DNA of 64,000 nucleotides. Source: Felis catus (Eukaryota). The translations under genes were made by a program, and so were the position numbers. The notes beneath the pieces are model-generated. The model was not told the origin of the DNA. It worked only from the letters and a program-made list of their open reading frames with translations, and made no database searches. The DNA is taken from assembly GCF_018350175.1 (NCBI RefSeq), contig NC_058382.1, positions 61,010,001 through 61,074,000 of the forward strand, given 5' to 3'. Positions 11,742 through 27,975 of this stretch are shown here, in pieces (the first letter of the stretch is position 1; the number at the start of each line of letters is the position of its first letter).

Positions 11742-14700
11742 AAAAATAAACATTTGAAAAATACATTCATAATGTTGTGCGGCTGTCCCCACCACCGGTC
11801 CCCAGACCCTGGCTCCCACCTACTTTCCACCTCTGTAAATCTGTATACTCTAGGGACCTCGTGTAAGTGGAACCTTCTAGTATTTGTCATCTGTGACGGC
11901 TCATCTCACGAGCACAAGCATCCAGCTTCATCCGTGTTCAGGATCTGCTTCCCTTTTAAAGCTGAACAGCAGTCCATTGTGTGGACAGACCACGCTTCCC
12001 TTGTCTGTCCTCCTGTAGATAGATACTTGGGTGGCTTCCGCGCCTTGGCTACCGTGAGTGATGTTACGGACGTGAGTTCACGTTCCCGCTTTTGGTTCCT
12101 TGGGGGATAAACCCAGAAGTGGAGTTGATGGATCACACGGCGATTCTGCGTTTCATTTGGGTGACCACCGTGCTGCTTCCACGGCGGCTACGCCGTTTCA
12201 CACCCCACCGGCCACGCCTGGGGCCCCGTCTCTCCGTGTCCTCGCCACCACTTGTCTTCTGGTTTTTCACGATGGCCGTCCCAGTGGGTGTGAACCGGTG
12301 TCTCGTGATGTGGGTTTGCGTTTCCCTGACGACTACTGATGTCGAGCACCTTTTCATGTGTTTTGTGGCCATTTGTATATTTTATCTGGAGAAAGGCGGA
12401 TTCGAGCCCTTTGCCCATTTTTGAATGGAGTTGCGTTTTTGTTGAGTTTTAGGGGTTGTCTATATATCCTGGGTAGTCCTTCACAGAGGCACGATTTGCA
12501 AGTGTTTTCTCCCGTCCTGTGGGCTGCTTTTTACCCCGTTGATAGTGTCTTTTGACACAGAACATTTAAAAATGTTCATGAAGTCCAGTTTGTCCGTCTT
12601 CCCTTTTGTTGCCTGTGCCTTTGGCGTCCCGTCCAGAAATCGTAACCAAATCCAGTGTCGCGAGACTATTGTCCTCTGTGTGCCTCCAGGTTTTACAGTT
12701 TCAGGCCTTATGTGTAGGTCTTTGATCCGCTTGGAGCGAGTTTTTGCGTGATGGTGTGAGGGGAGGGTCCAAGTGCGTGCTCTGGGCTGCGGACGCCCAG
12801 TTTTCCCAGCGCCGGGTGCCGAGAAGACCGACCTCATCCCCCTCGTACGGTCTCGGCACCCTGGCCGGAAGTCGTTTGGCCACCCGTGCGAGGGTCTGTT
12901 CCCGGACTTCCTGTCCCACCGGCCCGCGCGTCTGTCTGTGTGGCCACCCCACGCTGCCGTGATCCCCGTACCTTGGGGGTGGTTTTGAAGGCAGGCGGTG
13001 TGAGTGCGCCCGCTGTGTTCTTGGCTGTTTGGGTTTCCTGGAGGTTCCATACGAGTTTTAGGACGGTTTTCCTATTTATGCGAAGAAACTTGTCCTTAGG
13101 ACATTGACGGAGACGGTACCGAAGCTGCAGATCACTTTGGGCAGTGCTGACATTGAACAGCGTTGACCTCGCGGTCCGTGAACATGGGCCGTGTTTCCGT
13201 TTACTTGGGTTTAATTTCTTTCCGAAGCGTTTGTAGTTTTCACCGTCCAAGTGTCACACCTCCTTAGTCCTAACACTGACGTTCTGAAGCACTTACTCAG
13301 TTACTTTGAAGAACATGGGTTGTCCGGATGGGGTTTGTGTGGTTGGATTCAGGATTTGCACTTGGGTAACACAGTTCTCAGTGTGTCCTATCAGGAGTGT
13401 GTGTCCCGTTCCTGGAGACGTGGACTTCGATTTGCCTTGTTTAGGGGGTGTCTGCCGGGCTTCTCCACTGTGATTTTTTTTTTTTAGTTTATTATTTGAG
13501 AGAGAGAGTGCAGAGGAGGAGTAGAGGGAGAGAGGGAGAGAGAGAATCCCAAGCACGTTCCGCACGGTCGGCACAGAGCCAGACGCAGGGCTCGATCCCC
13601 TGAACCATGAGATCATGACCTGAGCTGAAACTGAGTCAGACACTTAACCGACTGAGCCCCCCAGGCGCCCCTCCACTGTGATTTTTCCATTTTCCCCCTG
13701 TAATTAATAGGCATCTTGTGAAAGATCCTCTGCGACTGTGCTCGTCCTCTGTTTCTCCTTAAACTTCCATTCCCCAGTGTGAGCATCTGCTCGTGGTCCT
13801 TGTCTGGGACCGTTCTCCTAGGGGCGGGGGCGGTGGTTTCCTACTTCCATTGTCCCTTCACCCTTTGTCAGCGGGCTTTCTGCCCTGTGGACGTGTGCCT
13901 GCGGATGCTCTTTTTGTTTCTATGACTCTGGACCTCCGGAGTCTGACTCGTTCGGTGGGTTATCATCCACTACAGCCATTGCTCTGATGCCCACATTGTC
14001 CGTGTTTGGCCAACAGGAGGCTCGTCAGATTGGCTGCTGTTTGGCCGCGGCAGCAGACAGAGCTGGGAGACGTGCTTCTGTGTGCAGACACGAGTGTGTG
14101 TGTTGTGCGTGTGTGCACGCGTGTTGCGTGTGTGCTGCTCACACCTGTGTTTGCACGTGTCTCTACTTCTGTTAGTTCGGCGTTCCTGCCGGTTCGGAGC
14201 TGGCCCGCTTTCCAGCTGGTTCCCCCCATCTGACCCCGGGCTCTCAGCTCCTGCTGGACTGTCTCCGTGTCTGGGGGACACAAGTGTCAGTTCTTGATCG
14301 AACGTGTATATCAGACGCTCTTGCTTCCTCCTCCAACCGGCGCAAGGCAGACGGCTTAAATGTTGAAGTTCGTACAGACCGATGGGGGCCTGGACCTGGC
14401 ACGGTGGGCCACGGACGGCGAGGCGTGTCCTGGGGCCAGGGGTTGGCACCCACACGTGTCCTCCCTGCTCGTCCCTGTCCTCACCAGGCACCTACGTGAC
14501 CAGGGCCGAAGCCACAGACGCTGATGACCCGGAAACAGACAACGCGGCCCTGCGGTACTCCATTCTGGAGCAGGACGGCCCCCAGCTCTTCAGCATCGAT
14601 GAGCACACGGGGGACATACGCACCGTGCAAGTGGGTCTGGACCGCGAGGTGAGGCTACCGCCATGAAGGCTGGGGGCCAGGGCCGCCAGGGTTGCATCCT

Positions 14701-17700
14701 TGCCCGTCTTCTCGGCGCTCTGAGGCTCATGGGGCGGCTCATTCCAAGCTGGGCCCTCCGCCCCAGCCTTGCCCACCCTACGTGCTTCCCCCGACACTGT
14801 GGAAGGGAGCCCCTGCTTGCTGTGGATACTCCCAGTGGCTCTGGACACAAACCCAGCTTGGTACACCCGCGTCTCGTGGCTGCTCGTGGGTTTAGGTCCG
14901 AGGAGAGCGGGAAGGGCCCTCCGTATGGTGCCTGGCCCTGACGAGTCCTGCCGAAAGCCTCCCCCGCCCTGGAGCCTGCCAAGCCTTCGGGCTTCCTGGC
15001 ACGGGGTAGGCCATCCACCTGACCCCACACTGGCCAGTCGTGCTCTGGAGTAACAGCCACTCTCTGTCCTTGCACACTCTTCCTCCAACGGGACCCCTGC
15101 TGCCGCTGCACAGCTTCGGCACCTCCAGGAAGCCCTCCTTGGTTTCCCCACGGCTACACACACAGCTCTGTCTAGTCACTTGCTGCATCAGGTGGCCTTC
15201 GTCGGTCCCTCTTTCTGCCACTGGAAGTGGCCCCTCAGGGCAGGGACCCAGCTTGTTGGTTCAGCTCCAGCGTGCTGTGGTGTTCCGTGAATGTGTACCC
15301 AACTCGACGCCTGGCCTCTTGCCCACTCATAGTCTGGGCTGGCAGTCGTGTTGTCAGACCCAGAGGGCCGGGCGGCACATTTTGCCCCAGAGCTTGGGAG
15401 CAAAAGGCCGGGTGTTGGGGCTTGTGATGAGCACAGGGCTCTCCCGTGAGGCTGAGCCCGGTGCTGTCTGCTCGACGCCACCCCCCCACCGGGCCCTACG
15501 GGGCCACCGGGGACCCTGAATGCTCATTGCTGTGTCCCCAGGTGGTCGCCGTGTACAATCTGACCCTGCAGGTGGCAGACATGTCTGGAGATGGGCTCAC
15601 CGCCACGGCCTCAGCCATCATCACCCTTGAGGATGTCAATGACAACGCCCCTGGGTTCACCAGGGACGAGGTACTGCCCCCGACCACACCCACGCTGGGG
15701 ACTGTCCTTCCCTCCTCAGGCTCCCGACAGAGAGACAAGGACTTGTCTGAGGACAAGCACAGAAACCCAGGTTAGACTGGTGGCTTGTGCGCACGTAGAC
15801 ACAGAGAAGCTCGGGGAGACCCTGGGGGGAAGCGTCCCCCCGAGACCCCTCGGTGGCCCTCGGGCAACAGGAAGGAGCCTTCCCTCCACCCCCGCCGCGT
15901 GGGACGGAGCAGCCAGCCCCAGCCTCCGGGACAAGGCGGCACACAGGGCGCCTGGCCCGCAGCTGAGCCCGCGGACAGGGCCTCGTGGGGACCCCTGGGG
16001 GGCCGTGATTCCCAAGGCCACAAGCCCGGGAGGCTCTGGGGGGGCAGGTGGGCAGCGGAGTCAACAGGGGGGGAGCAGGGGTGGGCATCCCCCCGCGGGG
16101 CCACCCCCGCCCCCGCAGCCCCGGCGGTAACGAGGGCCGGGCTTCCGTAGTTCTTCATGGAGGCCACGGAGGCTGTCAGCGGAGTGGATGTGGGGCGGCT
16201 TCAGGTGGAGGACAGGGACCTGCCGGGCTCCCCAAACTGGGCAGCCAGGTTCACCATCCTGGAGGGCGACCCCAAGGGACAGTTCGCTATCCGCACAGAC
16301 CCCAAGACCAACGAGGGCGTGCTGTCTGTGGTGAAGGTGAGTGGGGTGCACGGCTTCCCCAGCTGGGGTCTGGCTTCTGGACCCGAGCTCAGGGGGCCCC
16401 CGTTTGGGGCAGAGCAGAATGCTAGGGGACCCGGGAATGCTGGGGTTCTGGGCGCAGGCCACGCCGACCCCGGGGCACGGGGCCGGCCACAGCCCGGGTG
16501 ATATTGATGGAGTGCTGTTTCTTCCGGTGTGGGGTGCCGTGTAGACCTGTGTCAGGCGGGTCTGAAGCCAGGAGACAGGAGCAGCGGGAGACACACACAC
16601 ACACACACACACGGGTGCAGACCTGTTTAGATGCTGACGCACAAGGAGCGTTACTGCAGGAAACGGGGGTTTGCAGGCCCAGCGGGCTGGGAACTCAGGA
16701 CCCGAATCTTTCCTCTAAAGGAAAATCTCAGCTTTGTTCTCGACGGCTGTGAGCTACGGACGAGCCCCACTCAGGTCATCCGGGACAATATTTAAAGTCA
16801 GCAGGTGGCAGAGGTTAATTTAACCCCAGGTGCCAGCCCCCTCTGCGTGCCCGGACGAACGTTGCTTGAGTCACCAGGGAGGATGCCTGACCAAGTGACG
16901 CACGAAGCTGGTCACGTGCCGCCTAACAAACTCATTCTGAGTGACGAGTAGCTGTCATTTTTATGTTATTCTTTGCGGCTTTTGGTCCTGAATAATTTTT
17001 ATTTGTGCAGGGCTAATGAGGGACAGGGAGAGTAGGGGCTGTGAAGAGAGACTGAAGGGGCCACGGTCCCACCGTGGGGGCCTCACCCTGCCCCGTAGCC
17101 GCCTCCGGGCACCTCGAATGTGAGGGGGGCCCGGAGTCCTGAGCGACCACCCCCCCGGTCCCCCCCCCCCCAGCCCCTGGACTACGAGAGCTGTGAGCAG
17201 TACAACCTGAGAGTCGCGGTGCAGAACGAGGCCCCCCTGCAGGCGGCCGCCCCCAGGGCCGAGCGGGGCCAGGCCAGGGTCAGCGTGCGGGTGCAGGACA
17301 TCAACGAGGCTCCCGTGTTCCAGGAGAACCCACTGCGGACCAGCCTGCCTGAGGGGGTGCCCCCGGGAACCCCCGTGGCCACCTTCTCTGCCCAAGACCC
17401 TGACACGCAGCGGCTGCAGAGGCTCAGGTGGGGGCCGCGGGGGTGAGGCAGAGGGGGCCGACGGCCTCCTTTGTCCGCTGCCCAGCCGGGGCCCGGAGCA
17501 CGGTGGAGGGTTCCCGTCAGAGCCCTGGTCGGAGGGTAGAGGGCACGTCTGTCCGTGTACAGCCCTGAGCGTCCCTGGGGCCTCGAGCCCTGTGCATACG
17601 TGCGTGTCGGCGTGAACTCGTCCCAGCAGGCCAGGCTGGGCGCTTGCTGGCCCACCGACGCCACCCGGTCCGTTCCGGTGAGCCGGTGTGTGCAGGCCGG

Positions 17701-20700
17701 CCCTTCGTGTGTTGGATGTCGTCCTGGCCCTGGCCCTATGGATCTGTGTCTGTCTCCACGGTGCCCACGCGCTGAAGCCTGGCTGTGGCACTCACTGGCC
17801 GTGGGGCCCTGGCCCTGGGCCTCACCTGCCTTCCCTGAGCCTCGGTTTCCTCATCTGTCAATTGGGACAGAAACCACCAGCTCAGGGCAGTTGGGGGCCT
17901 AGCTTCAGAGGTGCGTGCATGCACACGTGTGTGGGAAATGTGTGTTTCTGTATGACCACACCCCTAGGGGTCCTGTGTCTGCTCAGGATCACTCTGTCCC
18001 CTCCTTGGCCAACAGCTACTCTAAGGACTATGACCCAGACGACTGGCTGCGGGTGGACAAAGCCACGGGTCAGATCCAGACCCAGCGAGTGCTCAGCCCA
18101 GCCTCGCCTTTCCTCAAGGATGGCTGGTACAGGGCCATCATCCTGGCCTACGACGATGGTGAGTGCCAAGCTGTGCCTGGGCTCCGGGGTTCCCGGACCC
18201 GGGCGGGGCATCCTTGCTGCTGCCCGAGGACTGAAAGCTGCGCGTGCCGCGGAGCCGATTCTTGGGTGGGCAGTCTGCCCCAGCAGGGCAAGGAGCCCAC
18301 CCGGCCTCTCCCGCCTGCAGCCTCCCCACCCAGCACGGCCACCGGGACCCTGTCCATTGAGATCCTGGAGGTCAATGACCACGCCCCTGAGCTGTCCCCG
18401 CCATCTGGTAGCGTGTGCAGCAAGCCAGATCAGGGTTCTGGCCTTCTCCTGGGGGCCACGGATGCGGACCTGCCCCCCCACGGGGCTCCCTTCCACTTTC
18501 AGCTGAGTCCCCGTGTCCCAGAGCTGACCCGGAACTGGAGTGTCAGCCGGGTTAACGGTGAGTTTTTCCAAACACCGGCCCGCGGGTGCAGCCCTGAGAC
18601 CTGGGGGACGCTCAGCACCGTGGTCCTGCTGGTTCCCGCCGCATCCTCGGGCGGGGCAGGAACTGTCACGCCCAGTGGGAGGATGGGGAAACTGAGGCCC
18701 CAGGTCTTGGGATTCTCAGCCACCAGGCCGCTTCTCCGAGCAGCAAGGGGCGCGGAGGGGCCCTGGAGGGGCAGGGGCAGGGGCAGGGCGCATCGGGTTG
18801 GGAGGCCCCTGCTGACCTTGGGCGCCCTCTGCAGTGAGCCACGCGCGCCTGCGGCTCCGGCACCAGGTCCGGGAGGGTCTACACCGCCTCAGCCTGCTGC
18901 TCCGTGACTCCGGGCAGCCACCCCAGCAGCGCGAGCAGCCCCTGAACGTGACGGTGTGTCGCTGCGGCCCAGATGGCGCCTGTCTGCCGGGGGCCGCTGC
19001 CCGGAGGGCAGGAGGCGTGGGCGTCAGCCTGGGCGCCCTGGTCATCGTGCTGGCCAGCATCATCCTCCTGCTCTGTGAGCGCCCGCGTCCGGACACCTGC
19101 TGCCCTGACTCCGCCTCCTCGCAGGCCCCGCCCCACCTTAACCCTCCCTCCCCCCTCCCCCCTCGCCCCCCCCCCCCCCCGCAGGCCCCATACCACCCGA
19201 TCCCATGCCCCCATGTCCAGACCCGGCTGGATGACCGGGCACCCACCACCTCCTATCTGTCCCCTCCTGCCCAGTGCTCGCCCTGCCGGTCGCCCTCGTC
19301 ACGCGGTCCCGGCGGCAGTCAGGGGACAAAGGGTTTCTGCACGGGCTGCAGGACGATCTCCGGGACAACATCCTGAACTATGACGAGCAGGGGGGCGGGG
19401 AGGAGGACCAGGTGAGGGGAGGGCGTTGGGGGAGGTGGTGGTTTAGAAATGCTAAGCGGTTGGAAGGGTCCCTGAGAGCCTAGGCCGTGGGTCCCCCTCC
19501 AGCACCCCTCACCCCACCTTCAGGAGGAGGGAGTGTCCCCCACAAGTCCTCTTCCCTTCCCCCGCACCCCCCTCATCCCACCAGGGTGCCTGGGACCAAA
19601 ACCCCACCCTGTGATTGATCGGGGCTGAATTCTGCCTACTGTGTCCCCAGGATGCTTACGACATCAACCAGCTGCGCCACCCAACAGAGCTGGCAGCCTT
19701 GTGCGCTCCCCTGGGACGGCCGCCACTGCGCCGAGATGCCCCGTTCGGCCGAGTGCGCCCCCAGCCACCCCGCATGCTGCCCACCAGCCCCGCTGACATC
19801 GCTGACTTCATCAATGATGTAGGTGTCCCTGGAGGTGTGCAGACAGGGGCAAAGGCACGGGGACACGCACACAGGGGCTCCCGCCCACGCCTCTGTGAAC
19901 CCTCCGGACGCGCACCATTTGTGGAGAGTGGGTCCGTCGCTGGGGACCCCAGCTGAGCTTCTGGGGAACCCCTGACAATCTGAGAGCTGGGTGAGGCTGG
20001 GGAGGTGCAGGGGACCACAGGCACAGGTCCCCTGGAAGAGGAACTGCCCCCCACCCCCGCCCCGGATCGCGCCGAGCCCGGTTGAGCTGGGGTGGGTTGG
20101 AGCTTGCTCTGCGGCACTTTCCACCGGACACCGATCGACAAAAGCGTGTCCCGAGGCTGGGGGTGCAGCTGTCAGTCGCATCCCGGAACCACAGTTATGT
20201 GGGCACAGCATGGGCGAGTTCTCGCAGTCAAGACGGGGGAGGCTCAGAAGGCAGGCGGCCCGGTTGGATGGGTTGTGGGGGAGCAGAGGGTGCCGCCTGC
20301 CGGCCTGCCCGACGCCACACCCGCCCGCGAGCACAGGCCTTGATTCAGAGGAAGCCCCCTACAGATGCCCGGGCAGGGGTTAGGCCCAGGTGCAGGTCCC
20401 GGTTAGGAGGGCGTGTGACCCTTTGGGTGAGAGGACGGACGGAGGTGGACGGGACAGGACCCTTTGCGAAATCTTTAAAAGGCAGAAACGGGGGTCTCAC
20501 CGATGGGATGTTAGGAAGCCTCACGTACCCCAGCCCTAAGGAAGGAGAGAGCCGCCCAGAGGGAGGTGGGGCGGGTCTCCCCACGGTGCCCGCACTCAGG
20601 GCTCTGCCCCTCCCCCTCCTCTTCCCGCGGGGCTGGGGGTGGGGCTCCCTCCTCGGTGTCTCGGGCTGAGCGGGCTGCAGCCTGAGCTGGGGGCGGGGCT

Positions 20701-20944
20701 TGGGGCCGGCAGGGATCCTGAGCTCTCCCGGGCCTCTCCGCAGGGCTTGGAGGTGGCAGACAGTGACCCCAGTGTCCCGCCCTATGACACAGCTCTCATC
20801 TACGACTACGAGGGGGATGGTTCTGTGGCAGGGACGCTGAGCTCCATCCTGTCCAGCCTGGGGGACGAGGACCAGGACTACAGCTGCCTGCGGGACTGGG
20901 GCCCCCGCTTCGCCCGGCTGGCTGACCTGTACGGGCCCCCGTGA
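2670..20944 (+). CDS. CDH15: Cadherin-15 (M-cadherin), 14 coding exons, 2358 nt = 785 aa + stop
   Basis: All exons join in frame with GT-AG boundaries. Signal peptide [14 protein letters not shown]; furin site RVRR followed by AWVIPPI; EC repeats with LDRE and DxNDN motifs; TM segment [17 protein letters not shown]; p120-binding [11 protein letters not shown]; beta-catenin-binding [17 protein letters not shown]...DWGPRF. Gene order with SLC22A31 and ANKRD11 matches human. Confidence 0.98.
8893..9051 (+). CDS. CDH15: CDH15 exon 2
   Basis: ttgcag|AGC...GTGCAG|gtgagg; encodes [26 protein letters not shown]. Confidence 0.96.
9245..9400 (+). CDS. CDH15: CDH15 exon 3
   Basis: ggcag|[27 protein letters not shown]...[10 protein letters not shown]; donor gtgggg. 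Confidence 0.96.
10496..10640 (+). CDS. CDH15: CDH15 exon 4
   Basis: ggtag|[13 protein letters not shown]...[10 protein letters not shown]...EGAVP; donor gtgagg. Confidence 0.95.
11450..13270 (-). mobile_element. Old L1 (L1MB-like) 3' portion in CDH15 intron 4, interrupted by a CAN-SINE
   Basis: Antisense L1 3'UTR/ORF2 motifs (ttaccatcctaacaatttttaag; gagcaccttttcatgtg; gatagtgtcttttga); minus-strand ORF remnants such as HLTGGQT and [13 protein letters not shown]. Confidence 0.85.
11554..11760 (+). mobile_element. CAN-SINE
   Basis: ggggcacccgggtggctcagtc...(CT)n...aaaataaa; flanked by aaatacattc repeats. Confidence 0.9.
13474..13671 (-). mobile_element. CAN-SINE
   Basis: Reverse-oriented tRNA head ending ccaggcgcccc; TSD tccactgtgattttt. 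Confidence 0.9.
14488..14648 (+). CDS. CDH15: CDH15 exon 5
   Basis: accag|[21 protein letters not shown]...GLDRE; donor gtgagg. Confidence 0.96.
15542..15670 (+). CDS. CDH15: CDH15 exon 6
   Basis: cccag|[21 protein letters not shown]...[13 protein letters not shown]; donor gtactg. Confidence 0.96.
16151..16336 (+). CDS. CDH15: CDH15 exon 7
   Basis: cgtag|[14 protein letters not shown]...[14 protein letters not shown]; donor gtgagt. Confidence 0.96.
16591..16612. repeat. (CA)n microsatellite in CDH15 intron 7
   Basis: ~11 AC units. Confidence 0.9.
17174..17427 (+). CDS. CDH15: CDH15 exon 8
   Basis: cccag|[13 protein letters not shown]...DINEAPVF...[12 protein letters not shown]; donor gtgggg. 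Confidence 0.95.
18016..18158 (+). CDS. CDH15: CDH15 exon 9
   Basis: aacag|[15 protein letters not shown]...AIILAYDD; donor gtgagt. Confidence 0.96.
18321..18557 (+). CDS. CDH15: CDH15 exon 10
   Basis: tgcag|[24 protein letters not shown]...RNWSVSRVN; donor gtgagt. Confidence 0.96.
18835..19074 (+). CDS. CDH15: CDH15 exon 11 (EC5 and TM)
   Basis: tgcag|[12 protein letters not shown]...NVTVCRC...LASIILLL; donor gtgagc. Confidence 0.95.
19275..19411 (+). CDS. CDH15: CDH15 exon 12
   Basis: cccag|[13 protein letters not shown]...[20 protein letters not shown]; donor gtgagg. Confidence 0.95.
19651..19818 (+). CDS. CDH15: CDH15 exon 13
   Basis: cccag|[14 protein letters not shown]...DIADFIND; donor gtaggt. 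Confidence 0.95.
20744..20944 (+). CDS. CDH15: CDH15 exon 14 (coding part, ends TGA)
   Basis: cgcag|[18 protein letters not shown]...[12 protein letters not shown]. Confidence 0.96.
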   Translation, partial: GLEVADSDPSVPPYDTALIYDYEGDGSVAGTLSSILSSLGDEDQDYSCLRDWGPRFARLADLYGPP

Positions 20945-21287
20945 GGGTCGGAAAAGGGCCAGGGAAGGGTGGGGGGCTTTCTGATGCGGACCCGCGTGCC
21001 CTGCTCAGGGTACAACCACCAGACACGGAGGACAGACGTCTTTCCGAGGACAGGCAGCCTGGCCTCCAGGCCCGGCTGACCTCTGTAGAGGCAGCCAGGG
21101 GGCCCCCAGGCCCTTGGGCAAGTCTACTTCTCCCAGGGAGGACAGAGACCGAGGGACCCAGCGCCCGGAGAGCGGGAGCCAGACAAGCCTGGCATCAATC
21201 AGCCTTCCCTGGGGTCAGAACCCCCACGTCGCCGGCCCCCAGCGGCCTCCCACTCATGCTCCCCCCTCCCCCCCCCCCCACTCCTGA

Positions 21288-21293
21288 ATTAAA
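21288..21293 (+). terminator. Probable CDH15 polyadenylation signal (ATTAAA)
   Basis: The only canonical-type hexamer between the CDH15 stop and the SLC22A31 3' end. Confidence 0.7.
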
Positions 21294-21502
21294 AACCTGC
21301 CCTTCTCTCCAGTGCCGGTGGCGCCGTCCGGGCTGCCCCCCACGGGGGGGGGGGGGAAGAGGGGGGTTAGTGAGCCCACCGGGAGCCCCCTCCAACCCAG
21401 GGCGCGCGACCCGAGAGAAGCAGCAGCGAGGAAGCCAAGTTCCACGGATGCCTTTATCCTCCACGCGGGGCGGGGATGGAAGGGAGCCAGGGCGCCGGCG
21501 AG

Positions 21503-26640
<5,138 letters not shown>

Positions 26641-27061
26641 GGGGCTGGCCGTCCGGGCCACTCAGGTGCAAGCCACAGGTGAGGGGCGGGGTTGCGGTAA
26701 TACTGGGTGCTGCGGGTCAGGCAAGGCCCCGCTGGGAGTCGGAGGGTCATGGCGGGTTTGTGCAGCAGGAGCCTGAGTCGGGGCGCGCGCGGGCATTTAG
26801 GAGTTTCGCCGGCATCGTGCGTGGGCGCGCCTGGGAACCCCGCCCCGTCGCCCTGGCGGAGTCTTCCTCCCCACAACCGAGGTAAGTCGCGTTTGCCTTC
26901 AGCGTTTTTGCTCTGGAGAGAAGTACAGTAGGTCCTACAGATTACACCTGAGTTTCCGAACTAGTTTCTCTGACTCTGAGCTGGGACTCTGGACCTGACT
27001 TGTGTGTTGTAATGGCAAGTTTTTGCACATCAGACTGTCCTGGCTTAAAAACGTTCTTCCT

Positions 27062-27215
27062 GTGGGGGCATCTGGGTGGTTGGGACAGGTCATGATCCCA
27101 GGTCATGGGATCAAGCCTGTCTTCCGGCTCCACACTGGGCATGGAGCCTGCTTGGGGTTCTCTCCTTTTGCCCTTCCCCCTGCTTGCGCTCCTCTTTCTC
27201 GGTAAAAAAAAAAAA
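27062..27215 (+). mobile_element. CAN-SINE (degenerate)
   Basis: ggggcatctgggtgg...gggatcaagcc...A tail. Confidence 0.8.
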
Positions 27216-27292
27216 TGTTCTTACTGAGCTGAAATTCACGTAATATAAAGCTATGTGTTGGGGGGGGTACCATTCTTTGTTGAGTTTAAAAA

Positions 27293-27497
27293 ATTTTTTT
27301 TGATGTGTATTTCTTTTTGAGAGAGAGAGCACACACAGGGGAGGGGCAGAGAGGGAGGGAGACACAGAATCTGAAGCAGGCTCCAGGCTCTGAGCTGTCA
27401 GTACAGGGCCCGATGTGGGGCTCGAACCCACAGACCCCAAGCTTCACGACCTGAGCGGAACTTTGACACTTAACAGACAGAGCCATGCAGGCGCCCC
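27293..27497 (-). mobile_element. CAN-SINE
   Basis: gagacacagaatctgaagcaggctccaggctctgagctgtcag...caggcgcccc. Confidence 0.9.
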
Positions 27498-27599
27498 TCT
27501 GTTGGGTTCTAAAATATTTCCCTAGTGGACCCATTGCATCCCCATCAAGCAGCGGCCCTCCCACGTGACGGCTCCGCCCACGTGAGGGGGGCTCCTCTC

Positions 27600-27975
27600 C
27601 TGTGTTCCAGGCGGCCCCGCCCCTACCCCGCCTACGCTTGGTGGCCCCTCCCCCACACGGGGCCCCGCCCTACACTGTGTGGTCCTGCCCCCGCGCCTGG
27701 TGGCCTCGCCCCCACCTTGTGCGCCCCGCCCTGCACTGTGTGGCCTCGGCCCCGCGCCGGTGTCCCCGCCCCCAGCGCTGTGCTCCCCTCCCGGCAATGT
27801 GAGGCCCCGTCCCTGAACCTGGCGGCCCCACCCCTGCGCTGCGCTGTGAGGTCCCGCCCCCGCGTCCGGAGGCCCCACCCCCGCGCTGTGCGCCCCGCCC
27901 TGCACTCTGGGGCCCCGCCTCGCGCTGTGCGGTCAGGCCCCCGTACCCGACGCTCCGCCCTGCGCTTTGGGGCCG
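27600..27975. repeat. Degenerate C-rich minisatellite (ccccgccc...ctgtg)
   Basis: Repeated ggccccgccc(t/c)gc(a/g)ctgtg units. Confidence 0.75.
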
